Positions 40,341 through 54,351 of a stretch of 64,000 nucleotides of DNA are shown in pieces. Both the position numbers and the translations under genes were made by a program. Each line of letters opens with the position of its first letter. Position 1 is the stretch's first letter. The stretch is from Octopus vulgaris (taxonomy: Eukaryota), in contig OX597818.1 of NCBI GenBank assembly GCA_951406725.2, positions 34,844,001 through 34,908,000 of the forward strand. Direction: 5' to 3'. The notes under the pieces are model-generated. The model had not been told where the DNA came from and made no database searches. It was given only the letters and a program-made list of their open reading frames with translations.

Positions 40341-40932
40341 ATGAGGAGAATTCTTCTCTCACGCACTCTCTCTTTTTTGTAGTCCTTATTTAATAAATAA
40401 CCAATTTTTTTTTTACTTATTTCAGGATTTCAATTAATTATTAAATCTTTCACTCTTAATGTAGGTTTTTTTTATATATATATTCTCTCTATTAATAGTC
40501 ATCAGTATGTGTTGTTGTTATTGTCATTAACCAGCAAAAGGAATATACAACTTGGAACTCCAAGCTAACAATATATTTCAAATTTATAGTCATATTTCTC
40601 AATGTTGACTTAGTTCTTTTCGTACAAGCACAGACACATGTCTGCACACAGATGCATGCTCTTCATGAAAGCATAACTATAAACATATACAAGAAAAATA
40701 TATAAATTACTGGTATGTTAACTGTGTTTTTGCTCCAATGAGTACACTTTTTAATTGCCCATGGAAGCACTGCCTAGAAATCAAATATTATGAAGGCTTT
40801 AAGTAAATATATGCACCAGTTTGCATATATAAGTATTAGTAATAGTGGATTTATGAGTATACGAGTGTAAAATTGAAATTAGTTCAATTGATGCCTTTTT
40901 TTCAGTTCATGAAGACATTGCAAAGACAGTGA

Positions 40933-40936
<4 letters not shown>

Positions 40937-40988
<52 letters not shown>

Positions 40989-40998
40989 CACACACACA
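40937..40998. repeat. (TA)n(CA)n microsatellite
   Basis: Direct reading. Confidence 0.95.
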
Positions 40999-42946
40999 TT
41001 CAGAAAGAGAAAAAGAAATAGTTGTGAGTGAAATTTTGTCAATGGAAACAATACTGTTCAGAAGCTTGTGTGTGTGAGTGCCTATGGTTATAAATGTTAG
41101 TGTGTTTGTCTCTTGTGTCTTTGCATTGCCTCTTTTTCGGTAGCAGTGATATTGTTTATATTTGCTATAGTCGAAACTTCCATCAGGTGTTTAACTTGCA
41201 AAGGTATGGAATAAAGTACCTTACTTGAAAATCAACAGTTGGTATCAGGAAGGACTTTCAGACATAGAATAATGCCTCAAGAAGTCTTATCCAGTCCCTA
41301 GCAGCATGGCAAATGCAATTGTAAAAAAAGCAATGATGAGGATGATGATATATTTTAATGGTTTGGTCTGAAAGAAGAGGCTATGCCCTTGGCTTTTGCA
41401 GACAACATGGGACTAGTGAAGTTGAAATAGCTGATGTTCTTCTGGAACAATTACAGGTTGACAGCTGCTGTGAAAATATGGGTAGGAAAGGAACCCCAAA
41501 TGGGTGTTGTTCTGAATAGGAAAAACCCGAATAGGAAAAAATTAGTGTGTGACATAGTGGGGGTGGATACGATATGGGGGATGAGAAGAGTAGAGATGAG
41601 TGAGTCAAGTTATTCTGAGTGGAGGTGTCACAAGATCAGAAGAGATCATTTTAGTATTGATAAACAAACATGACTGTGGAACAGATGTTGGTCTGTGTTG
41701 GTGAACAACTTCATGTCAATCAGTCAGGTGACTTGTTTTCGATATGGTCTTGGCTGTCTATTTAAAAAATAGATCAAAATAAAATACAGTAGTACAATTT
41801 TAATTAACAAGTTATAAATGCTTTAAACTATGTATTTAGGTTATTATTTTCTATATACTCACCAGATGCTTCATATAATATGCTCTTGTTAAATTATATA
41901 GATATTTGATAGTCCACATCCCTCATTACACTGAAGCCGATTAATCCAAGCATGTCAAACTGGTTTCTACCACTTGGTATTTATTAATTTATCTTTTAAG
42001 ATTAATTCCATTCCTTGAAAACATAGCAAGAGGTCTTCTGCTCTACCAGCTAATGTGTTTGTGTTGGATAATGTTACTTCCTTCTTGGGATGTGTACAGC
42101 TGAACATCAACCTAATTATACTACCTACTTTGATGCAAATTGACTAAGAGTACTATTCCTAAAATTGATATATCATTAAATTCAGTTTAAAGACTATCCT
42201 CATTGATGTCTAATAATGAAAAGACTTTGGCTATCAGTAGAAGAAGTATTTAGCATGATTGGAACATACACAACAGGCTGTTGACATTTGACTTACAATA
42301 CACTCTTTAACTGCAGGTTTGAAAGATCCTGTCTCCTGCAGTTTTCTCATTTAGTCTCAGGTCAACTCTGATCAAGCAAACCTATGATCAAAGACATTTC
42401 AGCTGTGGCTATCCCATTTTTTTCAGGTTAAGTTATCTAAGACTATATTATCTAATGTGTCCTCTTTTTTAAGATGCCATGGTATAATTTGAAGGCTATT
42501 CAGCTGCTATTTCTCAAGAGTTGGATAGCTGTGTAGAGGACTTTTTGTCTAATATCAAAAAGCAGAATCTGTTTTTGTCAGTTTAATATCTAAGATGTTC
42601 TTAATACGGAAACTGATATTAACTTAAATTTTGATTATTGATGAACTTGCTCCACATTTATTATAGGTTGACCATTTGTTGTATATTCTATAGTATGTTA
42701 ACCTGTCTTTGTACTAACTCTCCTACCTTTCATTTCCTAATGTAGAGATAGACTTTATGACAGATTGGTTTGTAATATCAATATGATGAAGTATTTAAAG
42801 TATTTTTACATCCTTACTATAGTTCACATAATTTTATTCATTCATTAATATAAAACTCTCCTTTCGAATGTATTTTCTTATTTGTTGAGCTTTTCACTTT
42901 GATATTTGTTCACTTCTATATAAGATGTTCTTGTTTTTCATTTCAG

Positions 42947-43090
42947 GAGAAATTATCTGTACTGGACATGAACATTTTTCTAAGACTTACATGAATGAAG
43001 TCTTCAGTATTCCTGTGGACAAGATGTTTGAATATCTCTTCACAGATTCTCCATTTTTCAGGCATTTTGCTGAAGTCAGGAAAACTTATG
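42947..43090 (+). CDS. GRAMD1: GRAMD1 exon, start of VASt domain (EIICTGHEHFSKTYMNEVFSIPVDKMFEYLFTDSPFFRHFAEVRKTY)
   Basis: TTTCAG acceptor, G|GTAAGC donor, 144 nt, phase 1-1; VASt N-terminal motif. Confidence 0.93.
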
Positions 43091-43445
43091 GTAAGCATAA
43101 ATTGTCTTTGAGGTTCTTTACTTTCTGCTGTAAAATATATTTAAATTATTAAAAATATTTGGTGTTGGGACAGATATAGATGATCATTATGTGGCAGACA
43201 GCAACCATAAAGTGTGTGTGTAAGAGTACACAGTAATGTAATAGTAATAGAATATATCAGTAATATGTCTTACACAGTGCAAAAATTATCTGGTCTAGAA
43301 CTCAATATGCAGGGTAAAGTGGATAGATATTTATTATATTAAAGTAGACAACCTATTGTGAATTTCACCCTTTGCTCGGCTGTTCACAACAGTCATGACC
43401 AGCCATGCTAAGGTGAAAATTCTGAGTAGACTGTTAACTTTGATA

Positions 43446-43514
<69 letters not shown>

Positions 43515-43527
43515 CATATACATGTAC

Positions 43528-43563
<36 letters not shown>

Positions 43564-43786
43564 ATACACACACACATATATATACGCACACACATATATA
43601 TACGCACACACACATACATATATATACACACACATATATACACATATACACACATATACACACACACATACATATATACACATATACACACACACAGGCA
43701 TATATATATATATATACACACACATGCATATATACACATACACACATATACATAAACATACGTGTGTGTGTGTGTGTATGTATATA
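43446..43786. repeat. Compound (TA)n/(CA)n/(TG)n microsatellite
   Basis: Direct reading; accounts for several spurious ORFs. Confidence 0.97.
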
Positions 43787-44797
43787 AAGTTCTCTTTTAT
43801 TTCCTACATACCACCAAACAGTAAACTTTTATCAGCCTAAGTGAAGTTACTTTTCAATGTGATTAAACCGTTTGGGTTTACTTTGAAATGTCCATGAAGT
43901 GCAGTTTCAAACAAGAAAGTGAATCATATACATAAAAGTAACAATTTTCATTTGCAACATTTATAAAAACAAGATTTCCATATTTGAGGTAACACATGTT
44001 TGCAGAAGTAGTGTTTTCATGCGATTGTTTTAGGAAATGTTGCTGAGATAAAAAAATGAAAAAAATGAGAAAATCAAGATATGTGATTGGTAACCTGGTA
44101 GAATCATGATATAGAAAATTGATGTCTCATTCAACTGAAACAGGTCTTGTGTCAAGAGTAGCTGATACAAGAATAGGAAACAACCAGTTCTAATGACTCC
44201 TTGCTATGGCTGAGTTCTGTTGAAGAGAAAGAGGACTATTTTGTGTTCTGTTTATATAGCCAATGCATGGCTGAGAACTATTGCTGCCAACCTCTCCACT
44301 TGATTTCTTATTCTAGTTGAGTTCTGGTAAAGAGAGAGAGAGAGAGAGTAGCTTCCAATTCAGTTCAGATAGCATGACAGATGCATTTCTATGTTTGTTG
44401 CTACAATTTTACAGGCTAACTTGCCTCTAAATAATTAATAAACCTCGCAGTAATTTTCTCTTTTGCAGATTTTTTTTATTGATACATACATGTGTAAAAG
44501 AATGAGTATGTTCATGCTTTGTAGAAACCTACAATTATTCATTACATACAACAAGTCTTTTTCATAGGTTGATGCTCGGTATTTTGTTCAGAACTGAAGG
44601 GTTCCTGACAGAGATATTGATTCAAAAGGTTATCATTATAATACTTGATTTCTGGAAACTGGAAACAAAGATTTGACTGCTTTCCGTACCTTCCTACCAA
44701 ATAATAACATGGTGTTACATTTTCTTAATATTTATACTTTTACTAGCTTTAATTATCCAAAGTGGTCCTTTGTAATGGATTTAATAATTATTTTCAG

Positions 44798-44922
44798 AAC
44801 TTGTCCTTCCTCCTTGGCAAGAAGAACCTGATGCTGATGGAAACCGACAGCGTACAATAACATATACTCTGACACTGGGAGCATCTCTGGGGCCAAAAAA
44901 CTCAACAGCTACTGAGAATCAG
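44798..44922 (+). CDS. GRAMD1: GRAMD1 VASt exon (ELVLPPWQEEPDADGNRQRTITYTLTLGASLGPKNSTATENQ)
   Basis: TTTTCAG acceptor, CAG|GTTGGT donor, 125 nt, phase 1-0; W..R.I.Y...LGPK...E.Q VASt motif; absent from the ORF track, read manually. Confidence 0.93.
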
Positions 44923-44959
44923 GTTGGTCATTTTATTATAGACTTATACTATTAGTAAC

Positions 44960-45290
44960 CACTATTAAAGCAAATAGTTCTGATATTATGTACATGAAAT
45001 GCGCACAAGCTGACTGGATAAAATGTAATCCAGTAAGAAAACATTGTCCATAGCTGAGATGGGGTGGAATAGAATTAGTGAGGTCTGAGCAGTTAACGTG
45101 GTAGATATCAAAGTTTGTAGAAGTATTTTGTGGCAAGATACTGCCATTGAATGAAGAACTACTGATAATGTAATTCTGGAATTGTGGGAAGCAAAGTGGG
45201 ATGGGCAGTATGTTTGTGAAGATGCAGACATGAATGTAATCATGGATCAAGGTTTTAAAAAAAAGTGTTTATCAAGCAGGCAGATGGCTG
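44960..45290 (-). mobile_element. CR1/L2-group LINE 3' remnant
   Basis: Minus-strand YHVNCSDLTNSIPP resembles the C-terminal Y.G.CS.EL...PP motif of this LINE group. Confidence 0.4.
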
Positions 45291-48200
45291 TCTTCTGAAT
45301 GAATACCAGTGACTGAACGTACCATTTTTATTTTCATGTCATATGCAATTTTTTCTTCCAAATTTTAGAACCTGAAAATTAGGTAAAAATGAATAACTAA
45401 ATGTTACTCATTTTTCCCAGCTCCTAAGTATGTGACCATATTTGGGATGATATGGCCTGAAATAAATTATGCCCATTGCTGAAGCTAAATGTTAATTGAT
45501 GCATTACAAGGAGTTTAACACTATAATAACGTTCCAGTTTTCTATGATAGTCATATTATGTTATGATCATTATAAGTATACAATAAAGCTTTATGTTGCA
45601 GGTGCACATAATATCTTACACAGTCACCTTTCAGAGTTGCTTACATTAGAGATTGTAACACTCAGTGTCCAACTAAATACAACAAAATTTTGCTCAAGAT
45701 TATTTATATAAAGTAACCAGGAAATAAAATTGACATTGATAGCAATGAATCACTTTTAGGGTTTTAACTGGAACAAAATTTGTGCTATAAATACACAGTG
45801 TCCACACAATATCAACACAATTTATACCCCATGAAATTACAGATGAGATAGTGGGTGGTTAAAATACTTTTTTACTTTCTAAAAACATAAATGATGAATT
45901 TCAATTTGTTAAGATTCTAATTAATTTTGTTTTTAATTATAAAAAAAATTTCTTTCAGATTAAAAAATTGTTTGCCAAATCATTAATGTCTTTTGTTCAA
46001 AATTCAAAATTCAAAGACTGTTTTTTTTAATGTATAATAGAAGCATTAGAGGACTTTTAAAAAGGCCAGATTTAAACAATGGATACTTTGTTCTACTGTA
46101 ATGTAACCATGTGTTCATCACCATGCAAACTGAAAAGTTATATTGAGTATAAGCTTAAGTAGACCGTCATTATCAAAATGAGATTGATTTCCTAGGAAAA
46201 AAAATGATAGCATGATTTCTATAATGTTGGCTTTACAGCAGATGCACTTTTATGGCTTACACCTGTAAACTTGAAAGGTCACATTTTTGTTTTGTTTAGG
46301 ATGTATTAATGTTTTAATTTATATTATATAAGAATTATAATATGTCCAAGTAAACACTTCTTTTTCTATATATCATAATACTAAAGAAAAGTCAATGCAG
46401 ATTATACACAAGAGATATTTTTATGGGATTCTATTACTCTTAATTAGGAGATTAGGAGTATACATCATACATAATTATGTATTATATATGAATAATTACA
46501 ATACTGTATTCTTTCAAATGTTAGAACAATACTCAATAGTGGTTTGCATTAGGGTTCTTGGTTACCATCTACAACTTATTACAGAAATTTATCTGAAACT
46601 GAAGACCAAACCACTTTGTTGGTTTTTTTTGCCTGTTTTGAGAATAGTGTCAATGGTACACACATTCTTTCTTAATTCATTCAGGCAGATTCAAATTTGA
46701 ATATGTTAATGACTGTTGTATTTCATCATTGAAAAACAACTTCTACTATCAGACGAATGTGTGTCTGTAACATATTCAATTTTCAGAAATGGTAACTGTA
46801 GGAAATGTTCACAGAGCATTTGTTGCAGAGTGGAATTTTTTTGGATACCTCAATGGTGATATGTTAATATCCCATTGTAAGTTTCACATTATAATCTTTT
46901 AAATGACTTTGTGGAACTTCATACCTAAATTAATCAATCTATACAAATCCCTTTGCACCCAACACTCAAGATAGTCAAGCAAACTGCTGCAGTGATTCAG
47001 GTTGTATATGTTTTTGACCTTTGCGCAAGTTTATTTTGTTGGCAACTTTAAAATATCTTCAAATGATTAATGAAACCAGTTTTGTTGTAGAATGTAGTGA
47101 CTTCTAATATATTGCTCTTTGTTTAGTATTTCGTTTAGAAAATTGGATAAATCATTCTAACAAAATGACTGAAAGAAAATGTTTAAATATTATATATCAG
47201 AGTTATATACCTTCAACAATATTTTCTTTTATGATTTGGTCACTAGGGTACAATTGAGCAATAAATTCATGAGCAAAATTCTTGTTTAATACCCTGCATT
47301 CTTTAACCATGCATTTAATATTGCATTGGTGTACAATAACATCATTGGTTATAGATTCTCAATAGGTGAATCACTGTTTCATAGCATTTCTGATGACATG
47401 AGTGACATGAAAGTGTAACTCGCTGTAGAACAAATATCTCATGATATTCATTCCTAAAACATCAGATGTGGAGTTTTCTTACTGAGATTTGCCTCCAGTG
47501 CCAATATACATCAACAAAAGGTACACATGTTCTCTCATACTCACACAGCCAACTTCCATACTGCCTACCAATATATGGTAGTGTTTGGTAGAAAACATTT
47601 TGTTAAAGGTATTAGTTTTGAAATGTACTCCTTTATAACACAACCATTCCTGCATCTCTACATATACTTAAAGGAATATTTTGAAATTTATATGAGCATA
47701 AGAGCTTAGAAGCAATCTTTAAACTGCACCTCTGCTTATACTTAAGAGTATTTTGACTTTTACTTAAGCCATAGCTGCTTATAAACAAATTTTAATATGA
47801 TGTGCTAGATTATGTATTAAAAAATTTCATACCAATTTTCTTCTATTTTTATAGTTAAATATTTTATACATAAAAAGAAAAATTTGAAATGTTTGTTAAT
47901 CAATAAATCATTATTGGATGTGTTTGCATGATGTGCATCTTTAAAAAATGCCATAATTCGTTGAATCATTAGGTTTAACTGTTGAAGGCTTTGTCTTTCT
48001 GTTGCACATCTAGAGTCAGTCAGCCTGTTAGAATACATATCTGTTGGGGTTAACTTCTGGGGACCACAGCTACAATTAGGATACATATTTAAAGCAAGTC
48101 AATCTAGCAAAAGACCTCCATTTTCAAGCTATAATGGTAGGATGATAGAATTTCTAATCTCACAGAATAGTCATCACTTATATACTATTCCTAAAGAATA

Positions 48201-49492
48201 GTGGAAGTATTGGTTTTCCCATGGTATCTATTTCCAGTAAATGTATTTAGTCAACCATTAAGCTATTAATGAGCTATAATGGAGTCTCCATTGAATTAGC
48301 TCAATATATCTTTAATTGCTACTGAATATATACAGGAGATGTAAACTAAAGCGATCTAATGCTGTCAATATTCTGGTTTCTCTGTTGTCATATGTATTAT
48401 TTTCACCAATCAGAAATTTTAACCAAAGAGACTAATAGTCTGTGAGCCATTTTTTGATCAGTTAAACAGAAACAAAATTGCTAACTGTCTCCAACTTTCT
48501 CTAAGACATCATCTGATGTCAAGGGTCAGATCTCTTGCTTTACTCACTGCTGCTAGCAGTTAACATCTTCCTTGACATTTCCTCAACAGAATAACTTCTA
48601 CTAGTTCAAAAATTTCTATGTTTTCTACTTGCTGCTATATATTATCTGCTTGAAAGTAGTTTTGACTTTACAAACACAACCATATATATATATATGTATT
48701 ATGAATTAAATTAGAATTATTAAGTTGTAAGTTTGGAGAGGATCATTGACAAACTCTCTCTAGATCGTACAAATAGAAGAGAGATTAGGATGTTATTTCT
48801 AACCTGCAAATATACTGAAAGAAAATTGATAAAAAACCTCAGAAGAATCTTACACCTGAAGGTGAAGAGGATTGGCATATCAGTTAGCTTAACCATAATA
48901 TAGAACTTGTATTGCTAAAAGTTGCTTCATTGTTATAAAGTTGATGTTTTAGAATCCTTTAATTTACTATTTTTGGAGACTTTTTTTTTTGCTTAGTTTA
49001 GAAAAATAAGTCTTTTTTCAATACCAATTTGCTAGCAATTATTTTTTAACCGCATCTTCCCTTTTATTTAGAACCTGAAGTGTGTATATAACATGTGGTG
49101 CTATATTATAACAAGACACTACCTGTACATTCAATATTCTTCATTGATTGGGGAGAAACCAGATGAATGTGGTTTATTAATGCTGAATGAGATCTGAAAG
49201 TTTCTGGGCATTATAAACATTCATTTAATGTGAATAGATGAAAATGCTCAGGGAAGAATGTTGTGGTTAGACAGTGGATGATATCTGCAGTAGTAGTAAT
49301 AGTAGTAGACAAACTTGGTAATTTGGTGAGAATTTTGCCCTACTAATGAGATAAGACAGATTTCATATCCAGGGAAAAAGATGCTGTATAGCAAACATGT
49401 AACATTTCATCTCTTTATATTATCTATGTATCTAAATTTGCTTTTCCAATTTGGTTTGTACATTTTCTGTTTTCTTATCTTTTGCCCGTCAG

Positions 49493-49685
49493 GTGTGTTA
49501 CAAACAGAGTCAACCTGGAATGTTGTATGTCATCGACACTTCTACCACAATGGCTTCTGTACCTTACACTGAATCATTTTATGTTGAGCACCGGTATTGC
49601 ATCACTAGAGCGTCTTATACCAAATGTAGACTCAAAGTAACAAGTGATGTACGTTATAGAAAAACATTGTGGGGCATTGTAAAAA
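49493..49685 (+). CDS. GRAMD1: GRAMD1 VASt exon (VCYKQSQPGMLYVIDTSTTMASVPYTESFYVEHRYCITRASYTKCRLKVTSDVRYRKTLWGIVK)
   Basis: Pyrimidine tract + CAG acceptor, A|GTAAGC donor, 193 nt, phase 0-1; VPY..F..RYC and YRK..WG.VK motifs. Confidence 0.95.
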
Positions 49686-49864
49686 GTAAGCATCTTTTTA
49701 TTTATCCTAAAAAAAAAATCTAAAAAAAAATCTTTAAAAATTGTTCATTAAACATCAAATATCTCTGGCAACATTTAGAATTATAATTATTGATAATGCT
49801 AACATTTATGTTTACTGTTAATATTTATACTACACTTGTGTTGCAAATTGGTTGAATCACTAAT

Positions 49865-50355
49865 GTGGTGGACACATTGGCTTGTGGTATTTAGCTGTGT
49901 ACTTTTATGTTTTAAGTTCAAATCCTGCCAAGCTCCACATTGCCTTTCATCCTTTGTGGGGTAGATGAAATAAAGTATCAGTCAAGTGAATACTGAAGTT
50001 GATTTAATTGACTATATTTGGTCTTGTACAAATGTTCGAAATCAATAATTACGCTGGAGTGGGGATGGATTCAGAAATGTCACAGTGCACAACTAAATCT
50101 GTTATGATATTTAGATTTGTTTCTTTACATTTTGACTTCAAACACTATCATGATTGATTTTACCTTTCATCCTTGTGGCATTAATAAATTTAGTACAACT
50201 CATTTACAAGATTCCATTTAAATGATGGTATTTCAGCTTTGGTCATTTATGGCCTTGTAGTAATATAAAAACCAGTATTGAAGCTGAGTATTCTAGTTAA
50301 TATTTTGTTTGCCTTTTCATCGCATCAGAGTAAAAAAAAAAAATAAGTACCAGTT
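49865..50355 (+). mobile_element. Cluster of about three decayed SINE family 1 copies
   Basis: Repeated (G/A)CCTTTCATC...TAAAGTA.CAG motif at about 49940, 50160 and 50310. Confidence 0.55.
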
Positions 50356-50899
50356 TTATACTGAGGGTGGTTTAGTCATCTGTTCTTCCTCTATAAAATT
50401 TGTTTGACTAAGGGCATAGTCAAAGTAGATCAATATTATATATTGTAAAGTGCACTTAATGAGTCGAGTATGTAAAATGGTTTCAGTTCTGAAGCATTTT
50501 GTTTTATTTGTTTCAAATGATTTTGGGAAAAACATGAACATCATAAACCAATATCCAGCTTCATAGTTCCATCTCTACCATGTGTGCTATTTTTCTCTGT
50601 TTTATTTGCAAATGTTATGAGTAAAATCATAGACTCTAGCTTTTATATATACTAGCCATTCTATAATGAATTGCATTTTAATTGAAAAGCATGCCTTATG
50701 AATATTCAAAAAATATTTCAGATAGTTTCCATTATTTGTAATTTTGCATGCAACAAGTATTTTTTAAATGTTACACAGTAAAAGTGTATTTTATTGTTTA
50801 CAGTAAAAGCCTAGTTTATTGTTCACAGGGAAGCCTATCTTATTGTTCAATTTTATTCACTATCAGAGTAGATATTTATTTATGTGTTTGAGGCTTAGT

Positions 50900-51385
50900 C
50901 AGGTGGAGGGGTACGTATCCATGACCTTAACAAATCTTTTGGAACTGGTGAGATTGGTATAATGGATGTTCAGTTTGAACATCTGTAAGTCAATGAGTAC
51001 ATGAAAATATGGATGAAAATAAAATTCCAGAGAGCTCATATTCTTTGAAGAAAGGTTTGGGAATAGCAGCATGGTGTCTGAATGTGTATGAAGTAAGAGA
51101 GACAGCAGATGTGATTGAATGGATGAGACAAGGGCATTTCAGGTGGATAGACTTAGGCTGGGAAGATGACACACAACTATCTACTTCCAAAAGGTAGAGG
51201 CTGTAGCAGTTGTAGCTGTGAAAGTGAGGATGCAGCATATCTATGCTGGTGAGTGAATTTTTGTCGATCATTTTGGATTGCTATCTTTTAGCTACTGTCT
51301 AGGATGTTTGTGTGTGTTGCAGTAGCGCTGTCCCAGATGAGAGAGCAGTATTCCTTTGTGGGTCTTGAGTTTTGTAGAAAGTCAC
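50900..51385 (-). mobile_element. CR1/L2-group LINE 3' remnant
   Basis: Minus-strand RPTKEYCSLIWDS motif, same type as the remnant at 63490. Confidence 0.55.
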
Positions 51386-54297
51386 ACACCATTAAACACA
51401 CACACACTAATGCAGAATGGAACGTAAACATTATCCTAATAGTGTATGTCATGGGAATAGCAATGAATGATCTGAAATACAATAGTCTGGCATTAAAGAT
51501 CTTTCAGTATTTAGTATTGTATTTTAGCATTTTAAATTCTAATCCTGTTGATGTTGACTTCACTTCTCTACTCTCCATCCTTGCTAAATTGTCAATAGCA
51601 TTTTGGACTTGATAAGATAGTGCTATATTCTAACTGTTGACATAGTGCCTAACAAGAAATCAGCATTATTTATACTAAGAGGCTACGAGTCAGCTTAAAC
51701 TGTACAATGCTAAAAAAAATCAAATTTTTTAAAAATTAAGAAAATCAAAAATTTAAAAGGTTTTGCAAAGTTAAAAAATTAAGGAATGCAACCTCCAACA
51801 ACATTGGAGATTTTATCATTGAGTAGTTTTAAGAACATCTTATGATTTAAAGTTTAAATACCAAACTTGTGTGTGTGCATGCAAGAGTTATGTTGGAGGG
51901 CAACCTTGACCAGACTGCTCATAAGCAAGAAACCTAAGTACAATTTTTTCTGGGTAGGCAGAAAATCTGTCTCAACATATTCCAGTCAACCTGAGTGAGC
52001 ATTGAAAAGTGGACATTAAAACAATGATGATGAAGGTGGTAGTGGTGGTGGTGATGATGGTGATTCTTATATTTATGTCAATATATCATATAGTAGCTTT
52101 TCCAGTTTTTGTTTTAACTGTATGTTCTAAGCTTCTATATTCTGTCAGTTATACATTTCTTGAACAAACTCTTGTAATATGGACTTGGAGTAGTTCTTAA
52201 TTCTTAGAATAAGACGATTTTTTAAAAAATTTTGCAGCAGTAGTAGTAGTATAGTCATTGTTTATATATTTAACTTGACCTCTTTTCTAGGGTTAATAAA
52301 AATACTTGTAATATTTCAAGGTCAGCTAAATGTCTTACATTACCAAGGAATCTAGTTTCTGATTGCTATTTCCTTACAAACCTGACCTAATAATGAAAGC
52401 TTTACTTCATTATAATAAGGAAACTACTCAGGACTTAACTTTCTCTCTCAGAGCATACATGAGCTCTGAATAAGTTGAAAGATGCTACAGTTTTATACTT
52501 CTTTGACTGGTTTCCCATTTATTGGACTGTAACCTTACATGGACATAACCCTTTATGGTATTGCTCATTACTCTGACTCTTGTACTTATTTTGGGATTTA
52601 AACTCAGAACATTAAGGGATGTAACTCAATACTGCAAAGTATTTTGTCTGACACTGTACTGATTCTACCGTACACCTGGTATATTTAGCATTCAAATATA
52701 CTCTACAATGGTATAACATTTCTCATTATACTAATAATTTTTAAGATTTGGTATTTTGGGTTGCATTTGGAAGAAATCTGTCCTGATCAACAGACTTGAT
52801 GTCACTGGAAATTGTCTTGATAATATATTATCATTTCAAATCTTCACTCTGTCTCTTCTGTCATTACAATATCAGGCTTTGTTATTTCAAACTTGGTTGT
52901 TTTACCTTCCACCTACACAAAATACTTTGTATCAAATACTGTTTTACTGTATAATTCTTTCATCTTTTAGTAATAATATCTGTATTACTATCAAATATTA
53001 TTCAGTCCATGTTAACTATACTAATACTCCATTATCCATCATTTCTACCCCAAAATTGCAATAGGAAATTCCCTCCCTCCTCCTAAGCACTGGGGAGCCC
53101 TCAAGTGGTTACTTATTCAGAATAACTTTTTTCATAAATCTGCTCAATCAACAAATATTCAGCTACTTTTGTTTGACAGTATACTATGGGTTAAAGTCAG
53201 AAATAGCTCTCTTTGTGTATGTTTAACTTTTTGTGTTGTACTATAGAGAATACTGCATACTCATTGGAAATGTGAAATTTAGATGATAAAAATTCAAATA
53301 AAAATTTTTTTATGTAAATGTCTGCTATCATTAGTCACTGTTCAGAATGTTAGAAAATGTAATATTACTGTAAAAATCTGACTTTTCAGAAAAGTAGAAT
53401 TTCCATTGTTACATATTTAAATATATAATTTTATTTCATTTGGATATATATTTTTTTTATTGTATTGTTATACATAGAACTGATATTATTAAAGCGTTTA
53501 TAGTTCTGCCTTTATTGAGTTCACTTTCTTCCATGTATATATGTTCTCCATCTCTCTCTTAGTAATGGCTGTTTCAAACAAGGCAGTACAGACATTCCTA
53601 GTCACTGTATTACTCAGCAATGTTTGCCATTAAGCTGCACATAAAAGTCAGTTATTTGCAGCAGCCAGAACATCATGCCAACAGCATTGTGTAAAATATT
53701 GTTTGGGGAGTCAAGGCTGTTCCTGCACTTCGGTTTATTGTACAATATAAGTATATACTTGTGAAGTGGATGGTTAATAAAATGGTTGTTAACTAAAGTC
53801 AGCTTTATATGACAGGTATCTGCAGCTGGAATACCAATAGTAGTTAAGTTCACTTAGCACATTAACCTTTGTAAAGTGAATATTTTTGCTGAAAATATTC
53901 TTACATATATTCATTTCATAATGGCACAGGGAAGACCATTCCATTAATGTCCATCCACCTGTAACTAATAGTCTAACAAAAGATATAATTCCGATGATGG
54001 TTACTGTATACTTGGAATCTCCATCTACCCCTTCTTGACAAGTAGTGTTCATGTGCCCTTCACCCCCTACTAACTCAGTAAATCTGTATATCAACTATAT
54101 TATCAGTTATACCTTTGTAATAAGTACTGATCTATCTACTTCATTACACATCTTTCTCTGCTCATTTCTGTTCTTATTATCATTTATTATAAATATTATG
54201 TTTGAAATTTCACTTATATATACTACACATCATTCATGTCAACATATGTGTGTTTGTGTTTGTGTATTTACTTATGTTTTCTTAATTCTCTTTTTAG

Positions 54298-54351
54298 ATA
54301 TAATTGAGAAAAATGCTGCTCATGGTTGTTCAGAATATTTTCATTCATTAG
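54298..54351 (+). CDS. GRAMD1: GRAMD1 exon, VASt C-terminal helix (NIIEKNAAHGCSEYFHSL)
   Basis: TTTTTAG acceptor, G|GTAAGT donor, 54 nt, phase 1-1; IEKN..G..YF motif. Confidence 0.92.

Noticed and set aside
43395-43787. Several 85-130 aa ORFs on both strands
   Set aside because: Translations of the (TA)/(CA) microsatellite; no splice signals or domain.
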